Assembly (NCBI GenBank): GCA_050248575.1
Contig: JBFWSD010000001.1
Coordinates: forward strand, 1-29,087
Length of the DNA stretch: 29,087 bases
From: Gemmataceae bacterium
GTDB taxonomy: Bacteria; Planctomycetota; Planctomycetia; Gemmatales; Gemmataceae
Direction of reading: 5' to 3'
Positions 1 to 8,685 of this stretch are shown here, piece after piece (the first letter of the stretch is position 1; each line of letters starts with the position of its first letter). Under the pieces are notes generated by a model. That model saw only the letters and a program-made list of their open reading frames with translations, was not told the DNA's origin and did no database searches. The position numbers were made by a program, and so were the translations under genes.

Positions 1-3
1 CAC

Positions 4-208
4 GGACAGACAAGCCTGACACGTACTTTTCCCCGTCCCGGCGCAGGATTAAAGGAAATTAGCCCGCTGCGCAATGAACGGGAGGTGTCGAATGTTGCTG
101 TCAACCATGGTTGACAGATCATTCGACCCCTCCGGTCAAGCGCAGCGGGCCAATTTCCCATAATGTTGCGCCGGGCCGGGGAAAAGTACGTGTCAGGTTT
201 GTCTGTTC
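4..208. repeat. Long imperfect inverted repeat (~100-bp arms) centred on a perfect 20-bp palindrome
   Basis: Paired by hand: positions 4-72 pair with 208-140 (61 of 69 Watson-Crick, 3 G-T, 5 mismatches). The inner arms 75-94 and 138-120 pair with small bulges. The core CTGTCAACCATGGTTGACAG (98-117) is self-complementary. Confidence 0.95.
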
Positions 209-290
209 TTGCGGCACACCGTGGTGAGGATAATTTTCCCAAAAATGGTGTGAGATTCCGCCCGCATCGGTTCAGTAGTATCAGAGAGCC

Positions 291-842
291 ATGCACGAGC
301 GCGAGCTGATACTGCGGGCCCGAAGCGGGGACCGGGAGGCGTTCGGTGAACTGGTTCGCCAGCACCAGGCCCGGCTGCGCAGCTTCCTTGCCTGCACCAT
401 CGACAACGCCCACGACGTGTACGATCTCGCCCAGGACGCCTTCCTCGACGCCTTCCGCAACCTGGACTCGTTCGATGTGGACAAGGAGTTCTACCCGTGG
501 CTGCGCGGCATTGCCCGCAATCGCATGCTGAACTTCTTTCGCACCCGCAAACGTCGGCGCAGTGAGCCGCAAGCACTGGTAGACGAGGCGCTGGCCGAAG
601 TGGCTGCCCGGTGCGAGACCGAGCCGGGCGGCGACCGCCTTGAAGCCCTGGCAAGTTGCCTGGAGGGACTCGAGGAGAGTCAGCGCAGCCTCATCAGCCT
701 TCGCTACGGCGAGGGGGTGGCGGTCAAGGAACTGGCGAGCCGCTTCGAGCGCAACGCGACGGCGGTCTCGATGCAACTGCTCAGGCTGCGGGCTGCCCTC
801 ATGGAATGTGTGGATCGAAAACTGCGAGTGGCCGGATCATGA
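291..842 (+). CDS. ECF-type RNA polymerase sigma factor (planctomycete/verrucomicrobial style)
   Basis: 183 aa. Sigma2 motifs (AFGELVRQHQARLRSFL, DVYDLAQDAFLDAFR, FYPWLRGIARN) and a sigma4 HTH (LISLRYGEGVAVKELA...AVSMQLLRLRAAL). Confidence 0.9.
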   Translation: MHERELILRARSGDREAFGELVRQHQARLRSFLACTIDNAHDVYDLAQDAFLDAFRNLDSFDVDKEFYPWLRGIARNRMLNFFRTRKRRRSEPQALVDEALAEVAARCETEPGGDRLEALASCLEGLEESQRSLISLRYGEGVAVKELASRFERNATAVSMQLLRLRAALMECVDRKLRVAGS

Positions 843-2632
843 CCGAACAGGAACGAAGCCGCTGGCTCGATGCTTACCGCGACGGCGACCTGCGCCCCGA
901 CGAAGCGCGGCAGCTCGCCGACTTGCTCCGACAAGGCGGTCCCGAAGCCGAGGCTTTCCTGGCCGACTTGCAAGCGGCCGGCCTGATCGCACAGGCCCTG
1001 GCAAATACCGATGCCGAGGCTTTTGCCCGCGGTTTTGCGGAACGGCTGCAAGCGGAAACGAGCAGCGAACGTTTCGTGGTCGACTTCCAGGAACGTGCCG
1101 CCCTGCCGCCGCGCGGCCGCCGCTTGCGTGCCCGGCTGGGCTGGGCGGCCGGGCTGGCCGCTTCGGTCGTGCTGGCCGCGGTGCTTGTCTTCTCGCTGTC
1201 GGAACGCCCGGTCCAGGCGCACGGCACGGCCCGCATCGAAGAGGTCGAAGGCGAGGTCTTCCTGCTCCTGCAGAACCTGAAGGTGGCTGCCCACAACGGG
1301 CAAGAAATGCTCTCCGGGCAAGGCATCCAGGTGGCCGGCGAACGAGGCCGCGCCGTGGTGGTCTTCCCCGACGAGAGCCGTCTCGAGGTCGGTGCGGGCA
1401 CGGCCTACGCCGAGTACAACGGCGCACCGGCGCGGAAGGTCATCCTCGATGACGAGAGCTTCGTGATCGCGGACGTCGAACAGCCCATGCTGCTGGTGAC
1501 GCCCCATGCCGAAGTGAGCGCGAAGCAGACTCGCGTCAGCCTGGCCAACGGCGTCGACGGGACGCATGTGGAAGTCCGCGCCGGCGCGGGCGTCGAGCTC
1601 AAGCGATTGAGCGACGGCAAGCTGGTCGATCTGCGCCGCGGATTCTCGGCGGTCGCGTCCCCCTTGCCCGCCTTGCTAGCGCCGCGGCCCCTGGCCCCGC
1701 GCTACCAGGCGCCGCGGGCCACCTTGCGGGGCCACACCAAGTATGTGACCTGTGTCGCCTTTTCGCCGGACGGCAAGACCGTCGCTTCCGGAGCGTTCGA
1801 CAACAACATCTGCCTGTGGGATGTCGCCAGCGGCAAGTTGAAGGCCACCCTCGAAGGGCACACGGCCCCGGTTCGCTCCGTCTGCTTCCATCCTGGCAGC
1901 AACCTGCTGGCCTCGGGCTCTGACGATCGCACGGTGAGGCTGTGGAACCTGGCCGCCAGCAAGACCGAGCAGTTGATCGATGATTCGCAGGATGGCCCCA
2001 ACGCCTGGGCGCCGGTGACCTGCCTGGCCTTTACTCGCGACGGGCGGTTCCTGGTCACCGGCGGGCTGGACAAGACCGTGCGGATTCGCGAGCTGGCCGG
2101 GGACCGCGAACGCATCATCTTCAAGGGGCGCAAGGGAACGGGCCGCATCGGCCGCATCTGGTCGATGGCCCTCTCCCCCGACGAGACGGTGATCGCCGCG
2201 GGCTGCGAGAGCGAGCCGATCAAGGTCTTCGACCTGGTCACGAATCAGGCCCGGCCCTTCCTGCAACATGCCCGCCGCGTGCTGGGGCTGGCCTACTCGG
2301 CCGACGGCAGCCTGATCGCCTCCGCGGGGGACGATCAAACCGTGAAGCTGTGGGACGCGGCCACCGGCAAAGAACTGGCCACCCTGTTCGGCCACCACGG
2401 CAAAGTGGAAGGGCTGGCCTTTGCCCCCACGGGCAGCCTGCTTGCCAGCGCCGACACCGAAGGGATCCTCAAACTGTGGGACGCCAAGACGCGCGAAGAG
2501 ATCGCCGCCTTCGCGGGCCACCACCGCAACATCAACGCCATCGCTTTCTCGCCCGACGGCAAGACCATCGTCTCCGTCGGCGACGACCAGACCGTGAGAT
2601 TGTGGGATGTGCCTGCGACCAGTGGCCCGTGA
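839..2632 (+). CDS. Membrane-anchored anti-sigma factor with FecR-like domain and C-terminal 7-repeat WD40 propeller
   Basis: ATG at 839 overlaps the sigma stop (ATGA). N-terminal anti-sigma-like helix (WLDAYRDGDL), one TM (WAAGLAASVVLAAVLVFSLS), a FecR-like segment (ARIEEVEGEV...VVFPDESRLEVGAGT) and seven GH...WD-type repeats. 597 aa. Confidence 0.8.
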   Translation: MTEQERSRWLDAYRDGDLRPDEARQLADLLRQGGPEAEAFLADLQAAGLIAQALANTDAEAFARGFAERLQAETSSERFVVDFQERAALPPRGRRLRARLGWAAGLAASVVLAAVLVFSLSERPVQAHGTARIEEVEGEVFLLLQNLKVAAHNGQEMLSGQGIQVAGERGRAVVVFPDESRLEVGAGTAYAEYNGAPARKVILDDESFVIADVEQPMLLVTPHAEVSAKQTRVSLANGVDGTHVEVRAGAGVELKRLSDGKLVDLRRGFSAVASPLPALLAPRPLAPRYQAPRATLRGHTKYVTCVAFSPDGKTVASGAFDNNICLWDVASGKLKATLEGHTAPVRSVCFHPGSNLLASGSDDRTVRLWNLAASKTEQLIDDSQDGPNAWAPVTCLAFTRDGRFLVTGGLDKTVRIRELAGDRERIIFKGRKGTGRIGRIWSMALSPDETVIAAGCESEPIKVFDLVTNQARPFLQHARRVLGLAYSADGSLIASAGDDQTVKLWDAATGKELATLFGHHGKVEGLAFAPTGSLLASADTEGILKLWDAKTREEIAAFAGHHRNINAIAFSPDGKTIVSVGDDQTVRLWDVPATSGP

Positions 2633-2759
2633 GCAAGCTAGGCCAGAGAAGATACATTCGCTGCCAGTGATCACGCCACTAACCTTGAATGAACCTGCCT
2701 CTGCCTCCTGATTGCTACTTACGACTGACAACCGACAACGGACTCTATTGAGGTGTGCC

Positions 2760-4043
2760 ATGTTGACGATCGCATCGGGCAAGACGTACCGGCATTGCGA
2801 CGGGATCTCGCGTCGCGGCTTCCTGCGCGTGGGCGCGCTGGGGCTCGGCGGGCTGACGCTGGCGGACGTGTTCCGGCTGCGGGCAGCCGCCAACCAGCCG
2901 GCGCGTCCGAACAAGTCGGTCATCATCATCTATCTGAATGGCGGCGCCAGCCAGTCGGACATGTTCGACGTGAAACCGGCCGCCCCGGCCGAGTTCCGCG
3001 GCGAGTTCAAGGCGATCGATACCAGTGTGCCCGGCATCAAGGTCAGCGAGCATCTGCCCATGCAGGCCAGGATCGCGCATCGCTACGCGATCCTCAACGG
3101 CATGCAGACGATCACCTCCGGGCACAGCCTGTACGAGGCGTCGTGCGGCTTTGCGGGCGGCGTGATGCCGAAGCGGCCCGCGATCACGTCGGTGGTAAGC
3201 CGCTTCTGCAAGGCGGCCGAAGGGCTGCCCGCTTCGGTGAGCATGTCGTTCGATGCCGGCCCGGCCTACCTCGGGCCAGCCCACGCGGCCTTCACGCCCA
3301 ATGGCGGCCTCATGAACGACCTGCGTGCCTCGAAGGGCATCCCCGACGACCAGGTCGACCTGCTCAAGGGGCTCGACCGCCTGCGGGCCGATGTCGACGC
3401 CAGCCGCGAGCTCCGCGCCACCGACACCTTCACCGACAAGGCGCTCGAGATGCTCACCTCGACCAAGATCCGCGACGCCTTCGATCTCAACAAGGAGTCG
3501 GACAAGGTCAAGGAGAAGTACGGCAAGCACCAGTATGGCGGCGTGACGTTGCTGCAAGCCTTGCGGCTGGCCGAAGCGGGCGTCTCGTGCATCACCGCCT
3601 ACGGCCCGGGCAACAACCTGTGGGACACGCACAAGGACAACTTCAAGACGCTCAAGGAAAAGATCCTGCCCCACTACGACCAGTCGATCCATGCGTTGAT
3701 CAGCGACCTGTACGACCGCGGCCTCGACAAGGACGTGCTGGTGGCCGTGTACGGCGAGTTCGGGCGGACGCCGCGCGTGAACAAGAACGCGGGCCGCGAT
3801 CATTACCCGCAATCCGGCTTCGTGCAGCTGGCCGGCGGCGGACTGAAGATGGGGCAGCTGATCGGCAACACGGGCAGCCGCGGCGACTTCGATATCAGCC
3901 GCTCGAAGCCTTACACGATCCAGAACCTGTTCGCCACCTTCTACCAGTTGCTGGGCGTGGACGCGGAGATCAAGGTGCCCGACAACTTCGGCCGGCCCCA
4001 GTACATCCTGGAACAGCGTGAAAAGGTGGAAGAACTGTTCTGA
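2760..4043 (+). CDS. DUF1501 domain protein with twin-arginine leader
   Basis: GAGGT RBS before ATG 2760. CDGISRRGFLRVGALG leader, IYLNGGASQSDMFD, WDTH, GEFGRTPRVN and GRDHYP motifs typical of DUF1501. 427 aa. Confidence 0.88.
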   Translation: MLTIASGKTYRHCDGISRRGFLRVGALGLGGLTLADVFRLRAAANQPARPNKSVIIIYLNGGASQSDMFDVKPAAPAEFRGEFKAIDTSVPGIKVSEHLPMQARIAHRYAILNGMQTITSGHSLYEASCGFAGGVMPKRPAITSVVSRFCKAAEGLPASVSMSFDAGPAYLGPAHAAFTPNGGLMNDLRASKGIPDDQVDLLKGLDRLRADVDASRELRATDTFTDKALEMLTSTKIRDAFDLNKESDKVKEKYGKHQYGGVTLLQALRLAEAGVSCITAYGPGNNLWDTHKDNFKTLKEKILPHYDQSIHALISDLYDRGLDKDVLVAVYGEFGRTPRVNKNAGRDHYPQSGFVQLAGGGLKMGQLIGNTGSRGDFDISRSKPYTIQNLFATFYQLLGVDAEIKVPDNFGRPQYILEQREKVEELF

Positions 4044-4054
4044 GAGGCTATCCG

Positions 4055-4187
4055 GAATCCCAAGAAGTCCGGCTTCTTGGATTCTTTCTGACTCGCCGCA
4101 GAGCGGCGAAGTGGTGCGTTCCCACGCAGAGCGTGGGAACGAGGGCCGCGCAAGCCGAGGGCCGTTAGCCCGACGCGCAAGCGAGGG
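4055..4187. repeat. Cluster of REP-like palindromes in the intergenic spacer
   Basis: CCAAGAAG-TCCGG-CTTCTTGG (4060-4080), TCGCCGC-AGA-GCGGCGA (4093-4109), CGTTCCCACGC-AGA-GCGTGGGAACG (4117-4141), and GCGCAAGC(C)GAGGG twice (around 4148-4161 and 4175-4187). Confidence 0.8.
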
Positions 4188-4206
4188 ATTCGAAAGTGGG
4201 GGAATC

Positions 4207-6726
4207 ATGAAACGGCTTACCTGCATTCTCTTCGTCTTCGCCCTGGCAACCCCTGCCCGGGCCGAGGCTCCCGAGCGCATTTCGGTCCAGCCCGACAAGG
4301 TGCTCCTCGACGGCATCGATGACGGCAGCCAGCTCGTCGTCACCGGGCACTTTGCCGGCGACAAACAGCAAGACCTGACGGCGCGAGCCACTTTTCGGGG
4401 GGCCGATGCCAGGGTCGCCACGGTCGATGAGCGCGGCCTGGTCACGCCGGTCAGCGACGGCCAGACGCAGATCATCATCGAGGCCGCGGGCAAGTCGTTC
4501 CCGCTGTCGGTCAAGGTGTCGGGCACCAAGGGGGACCGGCCCGTCAACTTCGTCAATGAAGTGATCCCGGTCCTGACCAAGCTGGGCTGCAACACGGGAG
4601 GCTGTCACGGCAAGGCCGACGGGCAGAACGGCTTCAAGCTGTCGCTGCTCGGCTTCGATCCCAAGCTCGACTACAACGCCCTGGTGCGTGAAGGGCGGGG
4701 CCGCCGCGTCATGCCCTCCGCTCCTGCACTCAGCCTGCTGCTGGTCAAGCCCGTAGGGGCGATCGGCCACGGCGGCGGCAAGCTGCTCCAGCCCGACTCG
4801 GCCGAGTATCGCCTCTTGCTGCGCTGGATCGCGGGCGGCACCCCGTATGGCAAGCCCGACGATCCACGCATTGTCCGGCTGTCGGTCTTCCCGGAAAAGC
4901 GGACCCTCGAGTTGAAGGGCAGCCAGCAACTCGCGGTGACGGCCCACTTCAGCGATGGCTCGGCCCGCGACGTCACGCCCCGCGCCGAGTTCCGCACCAA
5001 CGATGAAGAGATGATCGTGGTGGATGAGCGCGGGCAGGTGCAAGCCCTCGAACGCACCGGCGCCGGCTCGATCATGATCCGCTACCAGGGGCTGGTCACC
5101 CTGTTCCGGGCGACCATGCCGCAGGAGTTGCCCGCGGACAAGCTGGTCTTGCCCGCGGCGCGGAACTTCATCGATGAGCATGTCTTCAAGCGGCTGCGCG
5201 AGCTGGGAGTGCCCGCTTCGGAACTGTGCAGCGACGGCGAGTTCCTCCGCCGCGCCTCGCTCGATATCACGGGCACACTGCCCACGGCGGAAGAGGCGGC
5301 CCGGTTCATTGCCGACCCCGATCCGAAGAAGCGCGACAAGCTCATCGACACGCTGCTGAGCAAGCCGGAATACGCGGCCTACTTCACGCTCAAGTGGGGC
5401 GACATCCTCCGCCTCAAGGGTGGCGGCCGCGACAACAAGCCGCGCGGCGGCAAGGATGCCCATCTCGATACCCCCGCCGATCGCGCCGATGCCTTCCAGG
5501 CCTGGATCCGCCAGAGCCTGGCCGACAACATGCCCTACGATCAGTTCGTGCGGGCCGTGATCACCACCGACGGCCACACTTCGGGCAAGGAAGCCAGGCC
5601 GCAGATCTTGTGGTATCTCGAGCTGAAGACCCCCGAGCAACTCGTGGATGACACGGCCCAGGCGTTTCTGGGCACGCGCATCCAGTGTGCCCGCTGCCAT
5701 CATCATCCGTTCGAGAAATGGAGCCAGGAAGACTACTGGGGCCTGGCCGGCTTCTATGGCCGGGTGCAATGGCTGGCGCCGAACAAGGAGGGCAAGTTCG
5801 GCCCGACACGGGAATCGCCCCGCCTTGGACAGATGGTCAGCTATAACGCCGAAGGCAAGCTCACCGATCCGCAGGGCCGCGTCTTCGACAAGCCTTGTGT
5901 GCTGGACGGGCCGCCCCTCGATATCGCCGCCAAGGACGATCCCCGCCATCAGCTCGTTGACTGGATGGCCCGGCCCGACAATCCGTACTTTGCCCGCACG
6001 CTGGTCAACCGCTACTGGGGGCACTTCTTTGCCCGCGGCATCGTCGAGCCGCTCGACGACCTGCGCGTGACCAATCCGCCCACGAACCCTGAGTTGCTCG
6101 ACGCCCTGGCCCGCGATTTCGTCGCGCACAAGTTCGATCTGAAGCACGTGATCCGGACGATCTGCACGAGTGCCACGTATCAGCTCAGCTGCCAGTCGAA
6201 CGAACACAACCGCCAGGATGTGAGGAACCACGCCTGGTTCGTGCCGCGGCGGATGTCGGCCGAGGTGCTGCTCGATGCGATCGACAAGGTGACGGACAGC
6301 CCGACCGAGTTCACGGCCATGGGGGGCAAGAAGTTCCCGGCTGGCACGCGGGCCATCGATCTGCCCGACGTGTTCGTGTCGTCCTACTTCCTGTCGGTAT
6401 TTGGCAAGCCGAAGCGCGACTCGGCCTGCGAATGCGAGCGCGAGACGAGCACGACCCTTGCCCAGCGCGCCCACCTGTTGAACTCGGCGCAGATCCGGCA
6501 GAAGCTGTCAGCCCGGGCCGCCAAGCTGAAGGCGGACGAGCGGCCCGACCTGGACAAGATCAAGGAGGTCTACCTGGGCTTCTTTGCCCGCGAGCCGAAC
6601 GCGGCAGAAGTGGCCCTGGTGCAGAAGTACCTGGCCAACAAGAAAGATGCCCGCGATCCCAGCGAGGGCTGGGGCGATGTCCTCTGGGCCCTGCTGAACA
6701 GCAAGGAATTCTCGTTCAACCATTAG
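4207..6726 (+). CDS. Secreted DUF1549/DUF1553 protein with Ig-like domains
   Basis: Signal peptide MKRLTCILFVFALATPARA. Two Ig-like repeats (QLVVTGHF / QLAVTAHF), GCNTGGCHG, NFIDEHV...FLRRASLDITG (DUF1549), IQCARCHHHPFEKW, and NPYFARTLVNRYW...PTNPELLDALA (DUF1553). 839 aa. Confidence 0.88.
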   Translation: MKRLTCILFVFALATPARAEAPERISVQPDKVLLDGIDDGSQLVVTGHFAGDKQQDLTARATFRGADARVATVDERGLVTPVSDGQTQIIIEAAGKSFPLSVKVSGTKGDRPVNFVNEVIPVLTKLGCNTGGCHGKADGQNGFKLSLLGFDPKLDYNALVREGRGRRVMPSAPALSLLLVKPVGAIGHGGGKLLQPDSAEYRLLLRWIAGGTPYGKPDDPRIVRLSVFPEKRTLELKGSQQLAVTAHFSDGSARDVTPRAEFRTNDEEMIVVDERGQVQALERTGAGSIMIRYQGLVTLFRATMPQELPADKLVLPAARNFIDEHVFKRLRELGVPASELCSDGEFLRRASLDITGTLPTAEEAARFIADPDPKKRDKLIDTLLSKPEYAAYFTLKWGDILRLKGGGRDNKPRGGKDAHLDTPADRADAFQAWIRQSLADNMPYDQFVRAVITTDGHTSGKEARPQILWYLELKTPEQLVDDTAQAFLGTRIQCARCHHHPFEKWSQEDYWGLAGFYGRVQWLAPNKEGKFGPTRESPRLGQMVSYNAEGKLTDPQGRVFDKPCVLDGPPLDIAAKDDPRHQLVDWMARPDNPYFARTLVNRYWGHFFARGIVEPLDDLRVTNPPTNPELLDALARDFVAHKFDLKHVIRTICTSATYQLSCQSNEHNRQDVRNHAWFVPRRMSAEVLLDAIDKVTDSPTEFTAMGGKKFPAGTRAIDLPDVFVSSYFLSVFGKPKRDSACECERETSTTLAQRAHLLNSAQIRQKLSARAAKLKADERPDLDKIKEVYLGFFAREPNAAEVALVQKYLANKKDARDPSEGWGDVLWALLNSKEFSFNH

Positions 6727-6786
6727 TCACAGACGCCCGCGGGCGAATATGGGCACCGATGTGTAGCTGAGAACGGAGATTCGAGA

Positions 6787-8202
6787 ATGAAAACCGCGAC
6801 GCTATCCGGCTGCTTCCTGCTCGCACTGGGTTGCTTGCTGAATGCGAGCCAGGCGGTGTCGGCCGAGGACGTTTCCTATGCCGAGGTGCAGGCGATCCTG
6901 AAGGCACGCTGCCTGGTGTGCCATTCGGGCAATGTGAAGAAAGGCGACCTTGACCTGGGCTCCTACGACGGGCTGATGAAAGGGGGCCGCCGCGGACCGG
7001 CCCTCGTCGCCGGCAAGTCAGCCGACAGCTTGCTCTTCAAGTTGATCAGCAAGGTCGACAAGCCGAGCATGCCGCCGCGCAAGGAAGACCCCTTGAACGA
7101 AGCGCAGGTGGCGATCATTCAGAAGTGGATCGACCAGGGGGCCAGGCCGTCTTCGACCCCCCAGACGGCCGACCGCACCGGCGTTCGCGTGCCGGCGGCA
7201 ACGGTCCAGTTCGTGCGTGCCCTCGCGCTGGGTACCGACTTCATTGCGGTTGCCCGCGCCAACCAGGTCGTGCTGCACGACCTCAAGACCGGCACGCCGC
7301 GCCGCCCCCTGGTCGATCCACGCCTGCAAGACAAGGAAGGCAAGGCAGTGGCTGCCGCCCACCTGGGCGTGGTCGAGAGTTTGGCCCTCGATCCCACGGG
7401 CAAGCTGCTTGCCAGTGGCAGTTTTCGCGAGGCCGTCGTGTGGGATCCGGCGGGCGGCGCCATCAAGCACCGGCTGACGGGCTTTGCCGATCGCGTGGTG
7501 GCCCTGGCTTTTTCACGCGACGGCAAGCTCCTGGCCGTCGGTGGCGGCACGCCCACGGTGGCGGGCACGATCGACCTCTTCGACACGGCCAGCGGCTCGA
7601 AGGTATCCAGCATCCCGCAAGCTCACACCGATACGGTGCTGGGCCTGTGCTTCAGCCCGGACGGCAAGAACATCGCCAGCGCCGGCGCGGACCTGGCCGT
7701 GCGCATCCATGAGGTCGCAACGGGCAAGTTCCTCAAGAAGCTCGAAGGCCACAGCCATCATGTGCTCGACGTGAGCTGGAGCGGCGACGGCAAGTTCCTG
7801 GCCAGCGCCGGCATCGACAAGCAAATCCGCTTCTGGGACGTGGCGACGGGGGAAGAACTGAAGCGGATCAATCGCGGTGGCGGGCAACTCACGATCATGT
7901 CGGTCAAACACGACGAGCCCCCTTGCCGCGTGCGTTTCATCGGCGACGGCCGGCAACTGGTCAGCGCCGGGGCTCAGCAGCCCGTGCGGATTCTGTTACT
8001 CGAAGAGATCACCAAGGCCAGCAACTACTACACACCTTACTTTCAGCCCAAGCAACTCCGCAGCTTCGGCGGCACGGACGATTATCTCTACGCGGTGGAC
8101 GTGAGTGCCGACGGCAACCTGGTGGCCGCCGGCGGCGAGAACGGCGTCGTGTATCTCTACGATGCACAGAAGGGGACGCTGATCTACAGAATAGCAGATT
8201 GA
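6787..8202 (+). CDS. Planctomycete cytochrome c domain plus WD40-repeat protein
   Basis: Signal peptide, then CLVCHSG heme motif, GDLDLGSYDGLMKGG...SMPP (PSCyt1-like), followed by WD40 repeats (AHTDTVLGLCFSPDG, GHSHHVLDVSWSGDG). 471 aa. Confidence 0.85.
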   Translation: MKTATLSGCFLLALGCLLNASQAVSAEDVSYAEVQAILKARCLVCHSGNVKKGDLDLGSYDGLMKGGRRGPALVAGKSADSLLFKLISKVDKPSMPPRKEDPLNEAQVAIIQKWIDQGARPSSTPQTADRTGVRVPAATVQFVRALALGTDFIAVARANQVVLHDLKTGTPRRPLVDPRLQDKEGKAVAAAHLGVVESLALDPTGKLLASGSFREAVVWDPAGGAIKHRLTGFADRVVALAFSRDGKLLAVGGGTPTVAGTIDLFDTASGSKVSSIPQAHTDTVLGLCFSPDGKNIASAGADLAVRIHEVATGKFLKKLEGHSHHVLDVSWSGDGKFLASAGIDKQIRFWDVATGEELKRINRGGGQLTIMSVKHDEPPCRVRFIGDGRQLVSAGAQQPVRILLLEEITKASNYYTPYFQPKQLRSFGGTDDYLYAVDVSADGNLVAAGGENGVVYLYDAQKGTLIYRIAD

Positions 8203-8203
8203 T

Positions 8204-8240
8204 GATTGCCGATTGCAGATCAAGTCTGCAATCGGCAATC
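8204..8240. repeat. Perfect 16-bp inverted repeat built from heptamers; possible terminator or processing hairpin
   Basis: GATTGCCGATTGCAGA-TCAAG-TCTGCAATCGGCAATC directly after the stop codon. No U-tract follows. Confidence 0.8.
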
Positions 8241-8267
8241 GGAAATGTGCAATCCATGAATCCCCTC

Positions 8268-8296
8268 TTGACAGGTCCTGATGCCACAACTACGTT
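8268..8296 (+). promoter_or_regulatory. Sigma70-type promoter for the rpsJ operon
   Basis: TTGACA (8268-8273), 17-nt spacer, TACGTT (8291-8296), about 55 nt upstream of rpsJ. Confidence 0.7.
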
Positions 8297-8349
8297 ATCA
8301 TCTTTCTACTTTTTCGCAGGATTTGCGTGTGTGAACGCGAGGAGGGTTG

Positions 8350-8685
8350 GTGGCAGGGCTGAGCGAGCGAATCAGGATTCGAATGGAAGCCTACGATCAC
8401 GAGATCCTGGACCGGACGGCGCATGAGATCGTCGACACGGCCCAGCGCACGGGAGCGATCGTGCACGGCCCGATTCCGTTGCCAACGCGTATCGAGCGTT
8501 ACACGGTGTTGCGGAGCCCGCATATCGATCGCAAATCGCGCGAGCAATTCGAGATTCGTACGCACAAGAGGCTGGTGGACATCTTGCAGCCGACCGGCAA
8601 GACGATCGAGGCCCTCAACAAAGGGCTGAGCTTGCCTCCCGGTGTGGACATCAAGATCCGGGTGCTGTCTGCCGCGGGAAATTGA
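8350..8685 (+). CDS. rpsJ: 30S ribosomal protein S10
   Basis: [16 protein letters not shown]...GPIPLPT...[27 protein letters not shown] start after AGGAGG. Confidence 0.97.
   Translation: MAGLSERIRIRMEAYDHEILDRTAHEIVDTAQRTGAIVHGPIPLPTRIERYTVLRSPHIDRKSREQFEIRTHKRLVDILQPTGKTIEALNKGLSLPPGVDIKIRVLSAAGN

Noticed and set aside
4-208. Long hairpin as an integron attC site, 6S RNA or CRISPR array
   Set aside because: No RYYYAAC/GTTRRRY ends and too long for attC, no large central bubble as in 6S RNA, and no direct repeat-spacer periodicity.
209-290. Autoregulatory ECF promoter upstream of the first sigma gene
   Set aside because: No repeated motif could be matched between this region and the other cassette spacers by eye.
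656-838. Upstream extensions given by the ORF track (starts 656, 2712, 4018, 8865, 12331, 19130, 24008)
   Set aside because: They overlap upstream genes or repeats; downstream starts with an RBS and family-typical N-termini fit better.
2745-6474. Long minus-strand ORFs (2745-4595, 616 aa; 4165-6474, 769 aa)
   Set aside because: Antisense shadows of well-supported plus-strand genes in high-GC DNA, with no recognisable motifs.
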